NCBI GenBank assembly: GCA_002189035.1
Contig: NEEC01000011.1
Coordinates: forward strand, 1,054,001-1,118,000
Source of the DNA: Utricularia gibba
Taxonomy: Eukaryota; Plantae; Magnoliophyta
Direction: 5' to 3'
DNA length: 64,000 bases
Made by a program: the position numbers and the translations under genes
Notes under the pieces: generated by a model
What the model was told of the DNA's origin: nothing
The model's database searches: none
The model's input: the letters and a program-made list of their open reading frames with translations, nothing else
Part shown: piece by piece, positions 26,440-45,567 of the stretch
Layout: each line of letters starts with the position of its first letter
Position numbering within the stretch: the first letter of the stretch is position 1

Positions 26440-29400
26440 TCATCTCAACTCAAGCCAACCCAAATTCCAGTGGAGGGCCGAATATCAGTGCTATGACTTT
26501 GAGGAGTGGAAAAGAGAAACCTAGAAGAGAAACCTAGAAGAGAATTGGTCCAAAATGAGATTAAGGAGAACGAAATAGAGGAGTACAAAGTTGTTGTGCA
26601 AAGTGAAGACTAAGTTGAAGTACTACCAGAACTTGTCACAGTGAAGATGACCCAACCTCCATTTTCAAGAGATTGAAGTTGAGCAAAACGAGAAGGAGAA
26701 AATGCTGAAATCATTGAGAAACACTTCATTGAATTTAACTCTCTTGGAGTATATTGATCTTGTGCCAAAGAATGTCAAATATTTGAAGCAGTTGTGTATA
26801 TCTAAACCCAAGCTGAAAGAGAAGAGCAACGTGAAATTGAGTGAAAGCTGCTCAGTACTTCTCACATGGAAACTACTTGAAAAATGCAAGGATCGGGGTA
26901 TGTTTTTTATCCCATGCAAATATAGGAGATTTGTGCATCAAGAGAGCTATGGTAGATCTGGGAGCTTCTATAAATGTCATGTTGAATTCTGTTTATGAGG
27001 TGCTTAGGTTGGGATCTTTGCAAGCATCAGGTGTGCAAATTGAACTTATAGATCAAAGGATAATTTCTCCCAAGGGATTAATTGAGGATGTTTTAGTGAA
27101 AATTGAGTATCTAATGTTCCCAACTGATTTTTATGTGATGAATATGCCCATTAATGGATCAAAAGACACTACCATTATCTTGGGGGATCATTTTTTAGCG
27201 CTTCAAATGCAATTATTAATGTGACGATGGAGACCATTGAGCTATCTTTTGATGAAGTAAAAATCATATTTGACATGAAGGATGTGAAGCATTATCCCAG
27301 TGATTTTGAGAGCATATGTGTGGTGGATGTCATGGATGGAGTCATTGAGAAGCACTTGGAGAAAGAGATTCTAGAAAACGAAGAAGCTCATAATGAATTT
27401 CTACTTGCAAAATCAGAAGCTGAAGAGAAATTTGAGCAACTAAACGTGATGCAAGCCAAGACCCAGGAAGAGAGGTTAGCTGAATTGAAACCATTGCCTA
27501 ATTATTTAAAATATATTTTTCTTGATGCAAAATTTAGGAATCCTGTTATCATTTCCACTGGTCTGAGCTCAGATCAAGAGTCACAACTTCTCGAGATACT
27601 AAATAGAAACAAGGCAATAAGTTGGACATTTGATGACATTGAAGGGATGCCCATCCATATGCATGCACAAAATTTTTCTGGAGGATGGAGCTAAACCCGT
27701 TTGTCAGCCTCAAAGACGCCTCAACCCATAATGATGGAGGTGGTAAGAAAAGAAATTATTAAACTAGTGGGTAAGTCTATTTGGCCAAAGAAGACTAGGA
27801 TGACCATGGTGGAGAATGAGAGAGGCAAACTTGTTCCACAAAGGGTGCAAAATGGATGGTACATTTGCATAGATTACCGGAAATTAAATGAAGTGATAAA
27901 GAAAAACCATTATCCTTTGCCTTTTATTGATCAGATGTTGGAAAAATTGGTTGAAAAATCATTATATTGTTTTTTGAATGGATATTTTGAATGTAATTAA
28001 ATTCCTATTTCAAGACAGTATCAAGATAAGACAAGCTTCACGTATTTGTTTGGAACTTATACTTACAAGAGGATGCCTTTCAGATTGTGTAATGCTCCAA
28101 CAACATTTCAAAGATGTATGACTAGCATTGTCTTCAATTTTTGTAAAGATTTTATTGAAATATTTATGAATGATTTTAGGGTATATGGAGAAAATTTTGA
28201 GTTATGCTTAGATTATTTGAATCAAGTTTCGAAGAAATGTGTGGAAAAGAACCTAGTTTTAAATTCTGAAAAATATCATTTTATAGTGGATCATGAAATT
28301 GTTTTAGGATATGTGATTTCTAAAAAAGGAATTGAGGTAGATAAGGCAAAAATTGAAATTATGTCTAAACTTCCTTATCCTGTTAATGTAAAAGGTATTA
28401 GATCTTTTTTAGGATATGCTGGTTTTTATAGGAGGTTCATTAAGAATTTTTTGAAAATTGCTTTGCCTCTTAATAGTTTGTTGCATAATGATGTTGATTT
28501 TAATTTTGATGATTCATGTAAGCAAGCTTTGAATTCTTTGAAAAAGGCTGTTACTACTGCACCTGTGATGTAACCATCTGATTGGAGGTATGATTTTGAG
28601 ATCATGAGTGATGCAAGTAATCATGCTATGGGTGCTGGGGTGCTGTTTTGGGACAGAAAATTGAAGAGAAGCACCATATTATTTCTTATGCTTCAAAAAC
28701 CTTGGATAAGGTTCAGAAAAATTATACCATGATTGAAAGGGAATTTTTTGCTGTTATTTTTGTCTTGGAAAAATTTCGTTCTTATCTTTTAGGTAGCAAA
28801 GTTGTGGTATACACTGATCATTCATTAGTGAAGCACGTGATGAAGAAGAAGGATTCCAAACCAAGACTTATCAAATGAGTCCTTCTAATTCAAGAGTTTG
28901 ATGTTGAGATCAAGGATAGATCTGGAAGGGAGAACCTTGTGGCTTATCACCTTAGTTGAATAGAAGGAAGTGAAGAAGATGGGATCATCACTAGATGAAC
29001 AATTATTCTTAGTTCGGACTACTATACGTGAATTGTGGTTTGTTGATCTTGCAAACTTTGTTTCAATACGAGTGATGCCACCTGGAATAGATTGTCATGC
29101 AAGGAACAAGCTGAAGAGTGATGTCAAATACTATATATGGGATGATCCATATTTATGGAAGAGATGCATTCATGAAAATGAAATTCCAAAAATCATTGAT
29201 TCTTGTCATGCAAGACCTTTTGGTGACCACCATGGACCAAACCGGACAGCCAAAAAAAATTCTAGATTGCAGATTCTATTGATCTCACACTTTCATAGAT
29301 TGTTATGCTCATTGCAAAGATTGTGAACCATGTCAAAGAGTAGAAAATTTATCAGATAGATTTTTCTGAATGTTTTTTAGTTTCTGTGACTAACTTTCTC

Positions 29401-30152
29401 ATGATGTCTTTGACATTTTCGCTACTTTATCTTAATGATAAAGTAGAATGAGTAATTAAACTTAGGGAATGCCTCAAGGTGTAGAATGATGATGTGGAGA
29501 TAGGGTTTATAAGACAATTGACTATTGTTTCTTAGCTTTTGTTTTTATCATTCTTCGGATAGACCTAAGGGGGGAAACAATTAGCTTCATAACTAAGATG
29601 TTTGATTTAGAGGTAAACCAACAAATCAAGGTAGGGATAATAGGTGTTAGTCTTAGGTAGAACCAGTAGAATCGGGTAGACCTATTTCTACATATCTCAT
29701 ACATGGGTAGACCTAAGTATGGGACGAGTAATGATATTAGGGGCTATCTTGATCAAAAACATGATTAATAACTTGGGTAGACTTAAGTTGTTTAGAGTTA
29801 TGAATATAGAACATTGTAAATTAAATTAGGAACCTTAGCAATACATTGCCTACATATCCTTGAGGCATCTTGATGTTACTTTGTACTAGAACCATTATTT
29901 GTAACCTTCAGCATTAAAACTAGATACTGTTTACTAAACAACCAACTACTGCTAACTTCAGTTTAGACTAAGAACAACGTTTATTTCAAAGTCTATATCT
30001 GATAAAACACTGTGCAAGCACCAGCTACTTGATCGACCCCAAAATCTACTATACAAGTTTTTTGAATTTATATTTTGTGTAGAGGGATGACAAATTTATT
30101 TGGTATGAAGATTTCCTCTTTTGCAATGACTTAAACAAATTTTCGTTTATCA
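26440..30152 (+). mobile_element. 5'-truncated Athila-type Ty3/Gypsy: gag end, protease, RT, RNase H, partial integrase and 3' part of LTR
   Basis: ISAMTLRSGK, AMVDLGASINVM, LKPLPNYLKYIFL, CIDYRKLNEVIKKNHYPLPFIDQML, MPFRLCNAPTTFQRCM, IFMNDF, SYASKTL, YIWDDPYLW and HHGPNRTA. LTR portion ~29370-30152 ends TTTATCA. Many stops. Confidence 0.92.
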
Positions 30153-30340
30153 ACACTCGATTTCATTCTTGCCATCATATGAGACGAGTTGAGCAATTGT
30201 TGTTTTCACTGGTATTGAGTGCTGCAACACTTTACTTGTGGATTTCATTCTAGTTATACTATTGATCCATTCTCTCATTTTATTGCTCTAAGTTAGAGTA
30301 GTCTTGTTGCTGTTTTTTTTTTTTAGTTTCCTAGAATTTT

Positions 30341-32310
30341 TTGGTGTTCTTCTGTGTGCTGCTTTTATTTTGTCAAGTGTCCAAGTTTTCATTCAAAATA
30401 GCAGAGTTTTTAAACCCTTCTTTTTCATGTGAAGCAACTCAAAATTCAATTTTCAATTTAGAATTAGAAAATGAGTGTGAAACTGAGGTTCATGGATCTA
30501 CCTCTAATTCAAAGAAGTGCAAGTCTTCTAAATCTCTAGATTGGCATGATCATTTTGATTTTGAAAGAGATTTAAGTAAAGTGAGGTGTAAATATTGTGC
30601 TGTGAAATATAAACATGGTAAAAATGGTTCAACTACTAATTTTTTAAGACACATTAGAATTAAGCATCCTAATAAACACTTTTCTTGTAAACAATCTAAA
30701 TTGAATGTTATTGATGGTAATATTAGTGCTAAATTTATTTTTAATATAAAATCTTCTCAAATTAAGTTAGTACTTTACTTAATTTCGTGTGAAAAAAGTA
30801 TATAGTGAAGTAGAAAATCCATATTTTATAAAATTTATTATTTCTAATTTGCAACCGCATTTCGTTCCATTTTCCAGAAGAAAAGATGTTTCTATTGCAT
30901 TAGAACAATTTAAATAGAAAAAAATGGTTTAATTTCAAAGTTTGAATCTTTAAAATGAAAAATTTATTTAACTTGTGATGTTGTTACTGCTTCATGGACA
31001 CATGGACCATGCACAAGAGAATTTGAATGTTTCGACCTTACAAACCTCCATACAAAGGTGTGTACATTGCTATGTTTATTTCTGATATTTGTCATAGATA
31101 CATGATACATGATCGTTTTTTTCCATTACTTTATATATTGCTTTAACTAATTCGAGTGCTATTAGATTTTTGAGAACATCTATGACTCCTATGTTAGGTG
31201 GTGCTTTTTTTCATGTAAGATGTGTTTGCCACATTTTAAATTTATGCTTTAGAATTTTATTACATTTCTAGTTTACTTACTTTCTTAAGAAAGTTAGTTA
31301 ACATTCTAAAAATTTCTAGTACGAAAAAAAAATGAATTTAAACACTTATGTGAATCTAATGGAATTCCATTTTGATGGGGTATAAATCGGGTGAAGATAA
31401 TCAACTTCTGAAAGGCTGCCAAAAGGAGCTCTGATGGGATAACGCCAGCCGACTGATCGATATGTGTCAGAAATCTGACAGCAGCGGCCGTATGGCACAG
31501 TCTGAAAAGCGGCCGAATCATAGCAGAACAGGCGGCGATCATCTGAAAAGTAAGATCACAGTAGAAATACAGAAAGCAACCGACACCTAAAACTGATAAT
31601 TCGGTCAGATCAACCTCTTCTATAAGGAAGGAAAATTCTGAAGGGCAGGAGGTTGGACTCCAAGCCCGTCAACTTGTATCTTCCCACATCACCTCCATCT
31701 AGTGAAGGATTTTCGGGTGAGCTCCTAAAGCTCCGTGTTTTTTCCGTTCTCCGACGGTTTCCACGTAAAAAATCTTTGCACATCTTTATTTCTACTAATC
31801 GAGCTGAGTAAAACTCCAAAAACTTAACCAGGTGTGGTACATCCGGCTGCACCCATAACTTGAAAATCGGCCTCCTCTCAGGTACCGATTTTCGCTCACA
31901 ACGTATTTAAAACTTTAAAGTGTGATTTACCAATTAGATAGAATTTCATATTTTTATTATTCATTCCATGCTTCCTTATAGGGATATAGTTGAAACTTTC
32001 GTTAATTTATTTCTTGAATTAAATTGTAAGATTGTTAAAACAGATTTTGAAAAATTAGATATTTTGATTGACTATTTATCTGTTTTTCATCGTTATACTA
32101 TAATTTTTAGTTCAGTATATTATCCTATCATGCATTTAATGTTTTATGCTCTAGTTTACATTACATTGTTCTTTAAAAAATATAGTAGTGTTGATTTCCT
32201 TAATGATTTTTTTAAAATGATTTTAAAAATTAAAATTCTTGTTGCAAATATACTTGATCCTAGGGTTAAAAGTTTTGGATTGCCTACTGGTCTTAAATTT
32301 TTTTTATGAT
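30341..32310 (+). mobile_element. hAT (Ac-like) transposase remnant with BED zinc finger
   Basis: WHDHFDF...CKYCAVKYKHGKNGSTTNFLRHIRIKH (BED), FFHVRCVCHILNL, KCDLPIR*N (DVxTRWNS-like), SVYYP and ANILDPRVK. Split by a solo LTR. Confidence 0.85.
31373..31903. mobile_element. Solo LTR inserted in the hAT transposase
   Basis: Starts TGATGGGG, with TSD CATTT/TATTT (one mismatch). Removal restores NGIPF-KTLKCDLPIR in frame. Homologous to 55872-56393. Confidence 0.75.
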
Positions 32311-33059
32311 TTTTACAATTTTCTTCAACTTGATGGTATTTTTTAAATGCAACTTCTATTTATAATTCTGTGCATTAAAACATTTATATGAGCTTTATGA
32401 TGTTAAACTCAGTAATCTCCAATTTGCATTCCAAGGCGTTAGAAACTACAAATGATTACTATTCATTAGTGCAAGTATCGACTACTAACAATCTATGTTC
32501 AACTCAAATACATAAATCAAATCGTTTTTGTGATGGCTCCACGTGAATCGGTTCACCCATTTATTAAAAATATATTTTTAAAAATATTATTATAAAAGTA
32601 TAAATTAATTTTTTAATAAAAATTAGGGAATGCTATAAGAATAAAACTTTAAATAACTTTAATATAAAATGAATGAATATGGAATGCAATATATCTACTA
32701 TACTTTATTTATAAAACAAAATAAAAAATAATACCAAAAATTAATACCTAAATTGGAAATTAGTATTCGATAATCCTGATTTCTTCTTACACGTCTTAGT
32801 TGTTAACGACAAACTTGCAAGCACCTACATAAACTTTCTCATGAATTGTAAATGGGTTGGAGTGATGGATGGATTGAAAAGACATGGAGAAGCAATGTAA
32901 TGAGTGATGCAATTTGAAACCAAATTTTGAGGGATTTTATTTGTTAAGGATTTAATTTTAATCGGCCCGTTTTTTTCTTTTTTTCAGATATCGATTCAGC
33001 CGATTGAACCTAGTAATTACTTGCTACGTTGAAAACATAGCTAACAACAGAACATCAAA

Positions 33060-33830
33060 ATCAAGTGAAGTTGCATTGTAAAATGCAATGCATGAGCTTC
33101 ATGGGGAACAAAGGAGACAACTCTGATTTTTAGATGGGTGGAAGACTCAATCTTGCCATTAAGCGATTTTGGCACAAGTTGCAAGAGATGTGTTCACATC
33201 TCCAGCATCAATGTGGCATCGGGATGTTGACGGTTGAAGGTGAACAAGAGGAAAGACAGCATCATTCGGTAAGCAACACAGGAGGTTCGAGTCTGGAGAT
33301 GTTGAGAACGACAGGCGGAAGAAAGAGAAAGAAGAAGATGCTACATGGACCGGAGCTTATTATGCTGGACCGTAATGCTATGAAATGGGCCGCTGAAAAC
33401 ACTTCAACTAGCAAGACGTATTTGGAACCATTCAAGGCCCAAGGAGAGAGTGTCATGACTATCGAGCTGGAGGATCAGTAACGGGCTACCTCATACGGCA
33501 TAGGCTATCGTTATAAACAAACTTATATATAAATATCTGTGTTCATTTCTAAAAAAAATGCAAGGGCTTTCCATATCAAACCTCTTGTCCAGAGCAACAT
33601 ATGCTTCACTCTACTACTACATCTGCTTTCCTCCGTTAAAGCACATACCTCAGTTACTGCTAACACAGGAAAGTATGTTTAGTTCAAGTGATCAAGTTCT
33701 AACATCGAAATTATCTTCCTTGACTCCAAATACATTGAAAACATGCATATGCTTGAGGGATTGGTTATGTGCTGATCAAAGAGAACAGAATTTAATTACC
33801 ACCAAAGAAGAAGATGATGTAGATAGCAAT
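33060..33830 (+). mobile_element. hAT C-terminal dimerisation domain remnants
   Basis: GWKTQSCH*AILAQVARDVFTSPAS and ESMFSSSDQVLTSKLSSLTPNTLKTCICLRDWL match the hAT dimerisation consensus. Confidence 0.65.
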
Positions 33831-34862
33831 TAAAAGGTATGAAAACTTCAAATGATTTAGGAAATTTATCAAAAAAAAATGTTTTTAACTCCACCTTTTA
33901 TCAAATGAATCAGGTAATTTGTTAATTGGTTGATTGCATTTTAACAGGATCATACTTTTGCAAATCGTCTGTCATTTGATGTACTGCCAGCTGTACAGAG
34001 GCTTAGATGTTTGGCAAACCATCAGGCTTTAAGTTTCTTTATTCCCACATTGACAAAGAGTGAGGTTTGGGTTGCTAGAATAAAAGATATATCAGTGTAA
34101 ATAATAGTAGGAAATATATATCAGTGCATCTTCGTCTTGAAAGTGTTCATCTTTTTCTAGAAGTTTCCACATGCACTTACTCATTTTCTTATCTAGGACA
34201 TGGGTACTTTCTCGTGTTGTATGTATGTGGTGGGGGGCAAGAAAAGTTGGATATGGATGCTGCCAGAGAAAGAGGATGGAAGGGAAAATTTACTAAACCT
34301 GCTCGTCTAATCCATCCTGGAGTTATTAACTTAAATGGAAAATTTCCATTGACACCTCTCGTGGTACACACTACTTAACATGCTTTAGCCTCAAGTAATC
34401 ATCCATGGGTCTTATCTTTCACCCACCACATTGGTTTGATGCTCAGAGGATGGGCTTCGATCGGAGTACGAATATCTATTGTTGCAAATTTTTGTGTAGT
34501 AAGTCTTCAGGGTGATATTTGGGTTTTTTTACCCGTTTGAATGTTTAATGCTTATTTTTATATAACTTGTCAAAGTTCTCATTTTTGTTTTCTAGAAAAA
34601 ATCTTCACTTGAACCCCCTTTTCTCCTCTGCTGTAATTTGGGTTCTTTGCAATGTTATTTATGTTTTGGTGTGATGAGTTTTATCCCGTCCTGGATGTTA
34701 GGTTTTGTGATTTGTAAGCTTTGATATGATTTTTAAATAAATACAGATGCTGCTTTTTTTTTCTTGATATTCGAACTATAATAACTCTTTTTTAATTCTT
34801 TATGTGCCATTGCAACTTTGTTTCTAGTAAGAACAAACTTGAAAGACCTTTTGTATTTGTAG

Positions 34863-35450
34863 TTAGCAGTTGGTCACAAGCTAAAGTTGCTTTGAACCTG
34901 TTAAGAGAGAGGAGAGGCTGGTTTGATCTAGTTTTGAGTGAAGTTCACATGCCTGATATGAACGGATTCAAACTTCTGGAGTTGGTTGGTTTGGAAATTG
35001 ACCTTCCTGTAGTAAGTAGTAATTATAGTGAAGTGAAACGCGGTATACCTTGTGTATAGATATCTAATTTCAGTATCATGATGCAGCGATGTCTGTTGAT
35101 GGGAGACCTGACCTTGTGTCGCGAGGAATATGAGATGGAGCTTGTGATTACTTAATTAAGCCAACGAGGGATGAGGAATTGAAAAACATTTGGCAGCATG
35201 TTGTTCGGAAAAGGTGGAGTGAAAACAAAAAACATGATCCATGGAGGATCATGATCGTCCCAAAAGAACAACGGGAGATGGTGCCTGTGATTCTTCAGCG
35301 AGTGAAGCTGCAGATGAGGCACACAAGACGAGAAAGAAAAGAGAAACTTGAAAGATGGAGATGATGCTGAATTGGAAAATGATGATCCAAATGGATCCAA
35401 AAAGCATTGTGTAGTCTGATCTGTGGAGCTCCATCAGCAGTTTGTTACTG
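34863..35450 (+). pseudogene. Truncated type-B response regulator (ARR1/ARR2-like) pseudogene
   Basis: Exon 34863-35015 encodes ALNLLRERRGWFDLVLSEVHMPDMNGFKLLELVGLEIDLPVV. The exon from 35087 encodes [32 protein letters not shown] and then KKHCVV*SVELHQQFV. Stops, frameshift, first coding exon not found, GARP domain cut off. Confidence 0.88.
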
Positions 35451-35989
35451 GGGAGAATTCAAGCCAGCATTCTCCAGGAGGCCTCCGACTTGCCGGAAGC
35501 TTCCCAGCCATGAAACCTCATTGTCATCACACGCCATGTACTGATGTGGTGGTCGTGGCGTTGAGGAAATCTACCTCCCTTTCTGATCCAATGCATATTA
35601 GGATCTTCCAAAGTTTGGTGCACTGAGCCATCAACATCCATGTTCCTGACTAACGAACGACTCCATCATCCCCTTCAAATTTTTTCTCGTGAAGGACCAG
35701 ACATCTAAGTGGGTGGCTTGCACTCTAACTTCATGTATTCATATATACACAAAAAGTATCAAGAATGTAAAAAATATATTAATAAAATAATAATAATTAA
35801 AAAAAAAACCCTAAAACCCATGGATCCAACTCAGTAGATCAAGACGAGTACAAGTCGAGTCAAGGAATTAATCTACATGGGTTTGACCTACCAAATCAAC
35901 TACTTAATTTTTTCCTTGACGAACCAGATTCGTTCGAGTATGATCTGACCCATACTCTGTTCTAGCCACATTATCCATGATTAATACAA

Positions 35990-36240
35990 AAAAGGTATTT
36001 TAGTACCTGATCTATAACTTCATATCAGTTGTTGGCTGATGTATTCACCAAGTCTATCAATATTCTATCTTTTTTATCTATCATGGAAAAAGCTTGGTTT
36101 GGACCCTGCTCCATCAAACTTGAACAGATCAAATCAGGAAATGACTTTCATGACTTGGAAAGGGAGTTAAGATGTTAAGAAACATTTGGAGACACTTGAG
36201 TTAATTGTACTTTCTTGTTTTAATGTTGCACTTACTTTAC
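35990..36240 (+). mobile_element. Copia RNase H end, PPT and start of LTR
   Basis: QLLADVFTKS, purine run GGAAGGGAG, then TGTTAAGAAACATTTGGAGA, which also matches 10705-10760. Confidence 0.5.
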
Positions 36241-36858
36241 CAAAGTGTAATTATATTTTAAAATATTAGAAGAAATAAAAATTTTTGTTTAAGTGATTTT
36301 AACCTATTTTTTGATTTATATATATGTCAATCAAATCTAATCTCGAATTAAATTGATGATTTAGAATATTACCTAATATCCTTTTATATTTAAATATAAT
36401 TTTGAATTAAAATACTAACATTCCCTTCACCTTCTACTGAATAAATTGGTGATATGCAATTTTCACGAAATTTAGTTGATGAAATACCTTATTTTTTTTA
36501 TATATTTTGTAAAATATCCTTTATTACTTTGTAAAAATTATGTTATTCGATCAATAGATGTTATTTGGATCTAATGTATATTTTTTTATTTTAAATTTAT
36601 ATTATACATTATTTGATTATTTGGAATAATTTGAATGTATTGTTTATTTATTCAATATTTCACTTATTATATTATATCTCATTGGATTGTTTGAATTTTT
36701 TAAATCAAGTGCTTATTTATTCTTTATTTTAAATTTATATAATGCATCATTTTATTGTTTGAAATTATTTAGATCAAGTGCTTATTTTTTATTTATTATG
36801 ATCTTGTATTACATGTTGTTATTCTATCATTAATTATTAATATTATAGAATGTAAATT

Positions 36859-38237
36859 TGATAAACGAAAATTTCTTAATATCGTTGCAATAAAAATAAA
36901 AATTTCGTTATCAAATAAATTTATAGTCCCTAATCTACACAAAATACAAATTTAGAAAACTTGTATAGTGGATGTCGGAATCGATCACGAAGAGCTTGTG
37001 CTTGCTAAATGTTTTAGTAAATGCACAATTCGGAATAACAGTAAGTCTTAGTCTAAGCTCAGACCAACAGTGGTAAACAAGTTCGGTAAACAAGATTAAT
37101 AAACAATATTAGGTTTTAACGCTAAAGGTAAAAAGGACTGGTTCTAATTCAGAATAATACGCACGTGCCTTAATGATCTGTAGGTGGTGTTATGCTAAAG
37201 TTTCTAATTTAATTTACCATGCTCCTATACTCACACCTTCAAATAACCTAAGTCTACCTAGGTCATTCATCATATTTTTGGTTAAGCTAGTTTCCCATAT
37301 CATCAACAATATTGCATTTAGGTCTACCTACATGCAAAGCATATAGAATTAAGTATACCCGGTTCTACTGGTTCTATCCCTGACTAACACCTACTGCTCT
37401 CGTCTTGATTTGTTGATCTACCTCTAAATCAAGCATCTAAATTGTGAAGCTACTTATTCCCCTCCTTAGGTCTTCCCATGTATTGATAGAAACAAAAACT
37501 AAGGAACAAACATAAATTTCATTATTAACCCTAAACACACATCACCATACTTCACCTTAAAACATCCCTAAGGCTTTAGCTACTCATATTTGGAAAATAA
37601 AACATGATTTCATTCAGATAAGTTGGCAAAAATAACAGGAACATTGTAAACAAGTTAAATACAGAAACTCGAAACATTCAGAAAACGGAAAGCAAATAAA
37701 GATTGTTTTATCGTCCGGTTGCTATTATTCACAGCCCAGAATAGTAGCGCTGGGCTAGGCTCTGTTGCATTTCTTGATGATGAGGGTCTTCTTCCCCTCT
37801 TCTGGTTAGTATTTTTCGCATTGAGGGAGAAGCTCCCTTGTGTGTGTTCTGTATTCTCCCCCTTGTCACTGTTGTTTTCGAAAAATATCTTCCTTTGTTC
37901 AATCCAACTCACTGTTCCTGACACCAGCACTGTTCCCGACCTGAACTTGCAGACTGCAGGCAGCAGAACAGTGCTCATTGTCCCACTTCGGCTGTTGTGC
38001 CCTTTTTTACTTGTTTCACACGTTTGTAAGTCTAATTTTTCTGCTAATCTCCTGTTGAACTCGGTCAAACATTAGTAATAAAGGTGGTGGATTAAATCAA
38101 AGGATCCACTTTTTGACACAAAAATACAAAATTAACATAAACACACATAAAAATTGAAAAACCACATTTACCTAATCTAAACAAAATAAAATATAACCAT
38201 TTTGTATTATAAAATTCAAAGAAAATGTGTGATATCA
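36859..38237 (-). mobile_element. Athila-type solo LTR (1379 bp)
   Basis: TGATA...TTTATCA termini on the minus strand and a perfect TSD AAATT (36854-36858 / 38238-38242). Homologous to 14406-15684. Confidence 0.88.
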
Positions 38238-39245
38238 AAATTTATTATTTATTTTGAATATATTTATATATTTTAACTATTATTTATTTGTATATTTATT
38301 ATTTATTCTTTATCACATGTTATTATTCGATTCAAATAATATCTAATAATTGAATGACATAATTATAACAAAATGACAGAAGGTATTTCAGAAATAATAC
38401 CAAAACTAAAGTATTTTATGAACTATTTTTTGTAAAATCGGTATATCAATGACAAAATCACATTATCCTCATTTGATGCCAAGTGCTTCCACCGTGCTTG
38501 GGATCAATCGAACCTCCTGCGGTAGCTTCATATCGATTGGGTGTTGCGCGAACATCCATTGATAACAAAAAAATCAATCATTATGAAATGAATATGATAG
38601 AAATTGTCAAATCAACAAATACATAGACGACGTGTTGCCGTTTTCTCTACCAACGTATGTCATTGTCGGTTGGCGAATGGAGTTTGTCCTTTTCAGCACC
38701 TCCTATTGGCCTCGAGTTACCAAATATTTGGAATGAGATTAGATGGGACCACCGGATAAGTTGACCAAATGGGCCCGAACCCGAACCGGCGTCTGCCACT
38801 GCCCTAAACCCCAAACGTAATCTGTGCTGAAATATGAGCCCTAAACTTAGTTCCGACTTGCCGAAGTTCGACAGTGGCGTCTCGTGGTGATTCGCTTCGA
38901 TCTGCATCGCCACGGCGGTTCAAGATAACAAACACCTTAATAACCATCTCTGGCAACAAATTCAAAGGAATTTCGCTGCAATTGAATGAGAAAAACTTGG
39001 CGTTAGTAATGAAGATCGTTTTCGGAAACCAAGAATTTTAGTGCGAGGGATTGAGTTCCTTTAACAAAAAAGCAAGTGATTTTGTGTAATCTTCTCTCGG
39101 TCAATCCCGCTCACCTTTCCTTGTTTGCTGTTACTGATTAATTAAGTGATAACCTTACCTTGTTAACGCCCAATCACCCAGAAGTACCACCGTTGATGAC
39201 TTGCTGTTTATATGTGGGTGTGGTTTTAATTACAAATAAATGTAG

Positions 39246-45567
<6,322 letters not shown>

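Noticed and set aside
37655-38075. Overlapping 137-aa and 118-aa ORFs
   Set aside because: Both lie inside a TSD-flanked Athila solo LTR and have no protein motifs.
38770-38835. Site II (TGGGCC) and telo-box-like motifs upstream of AlaRS
   Set aside because: Only one site II and no exact AAACCCTA; too short to support without conservation data.
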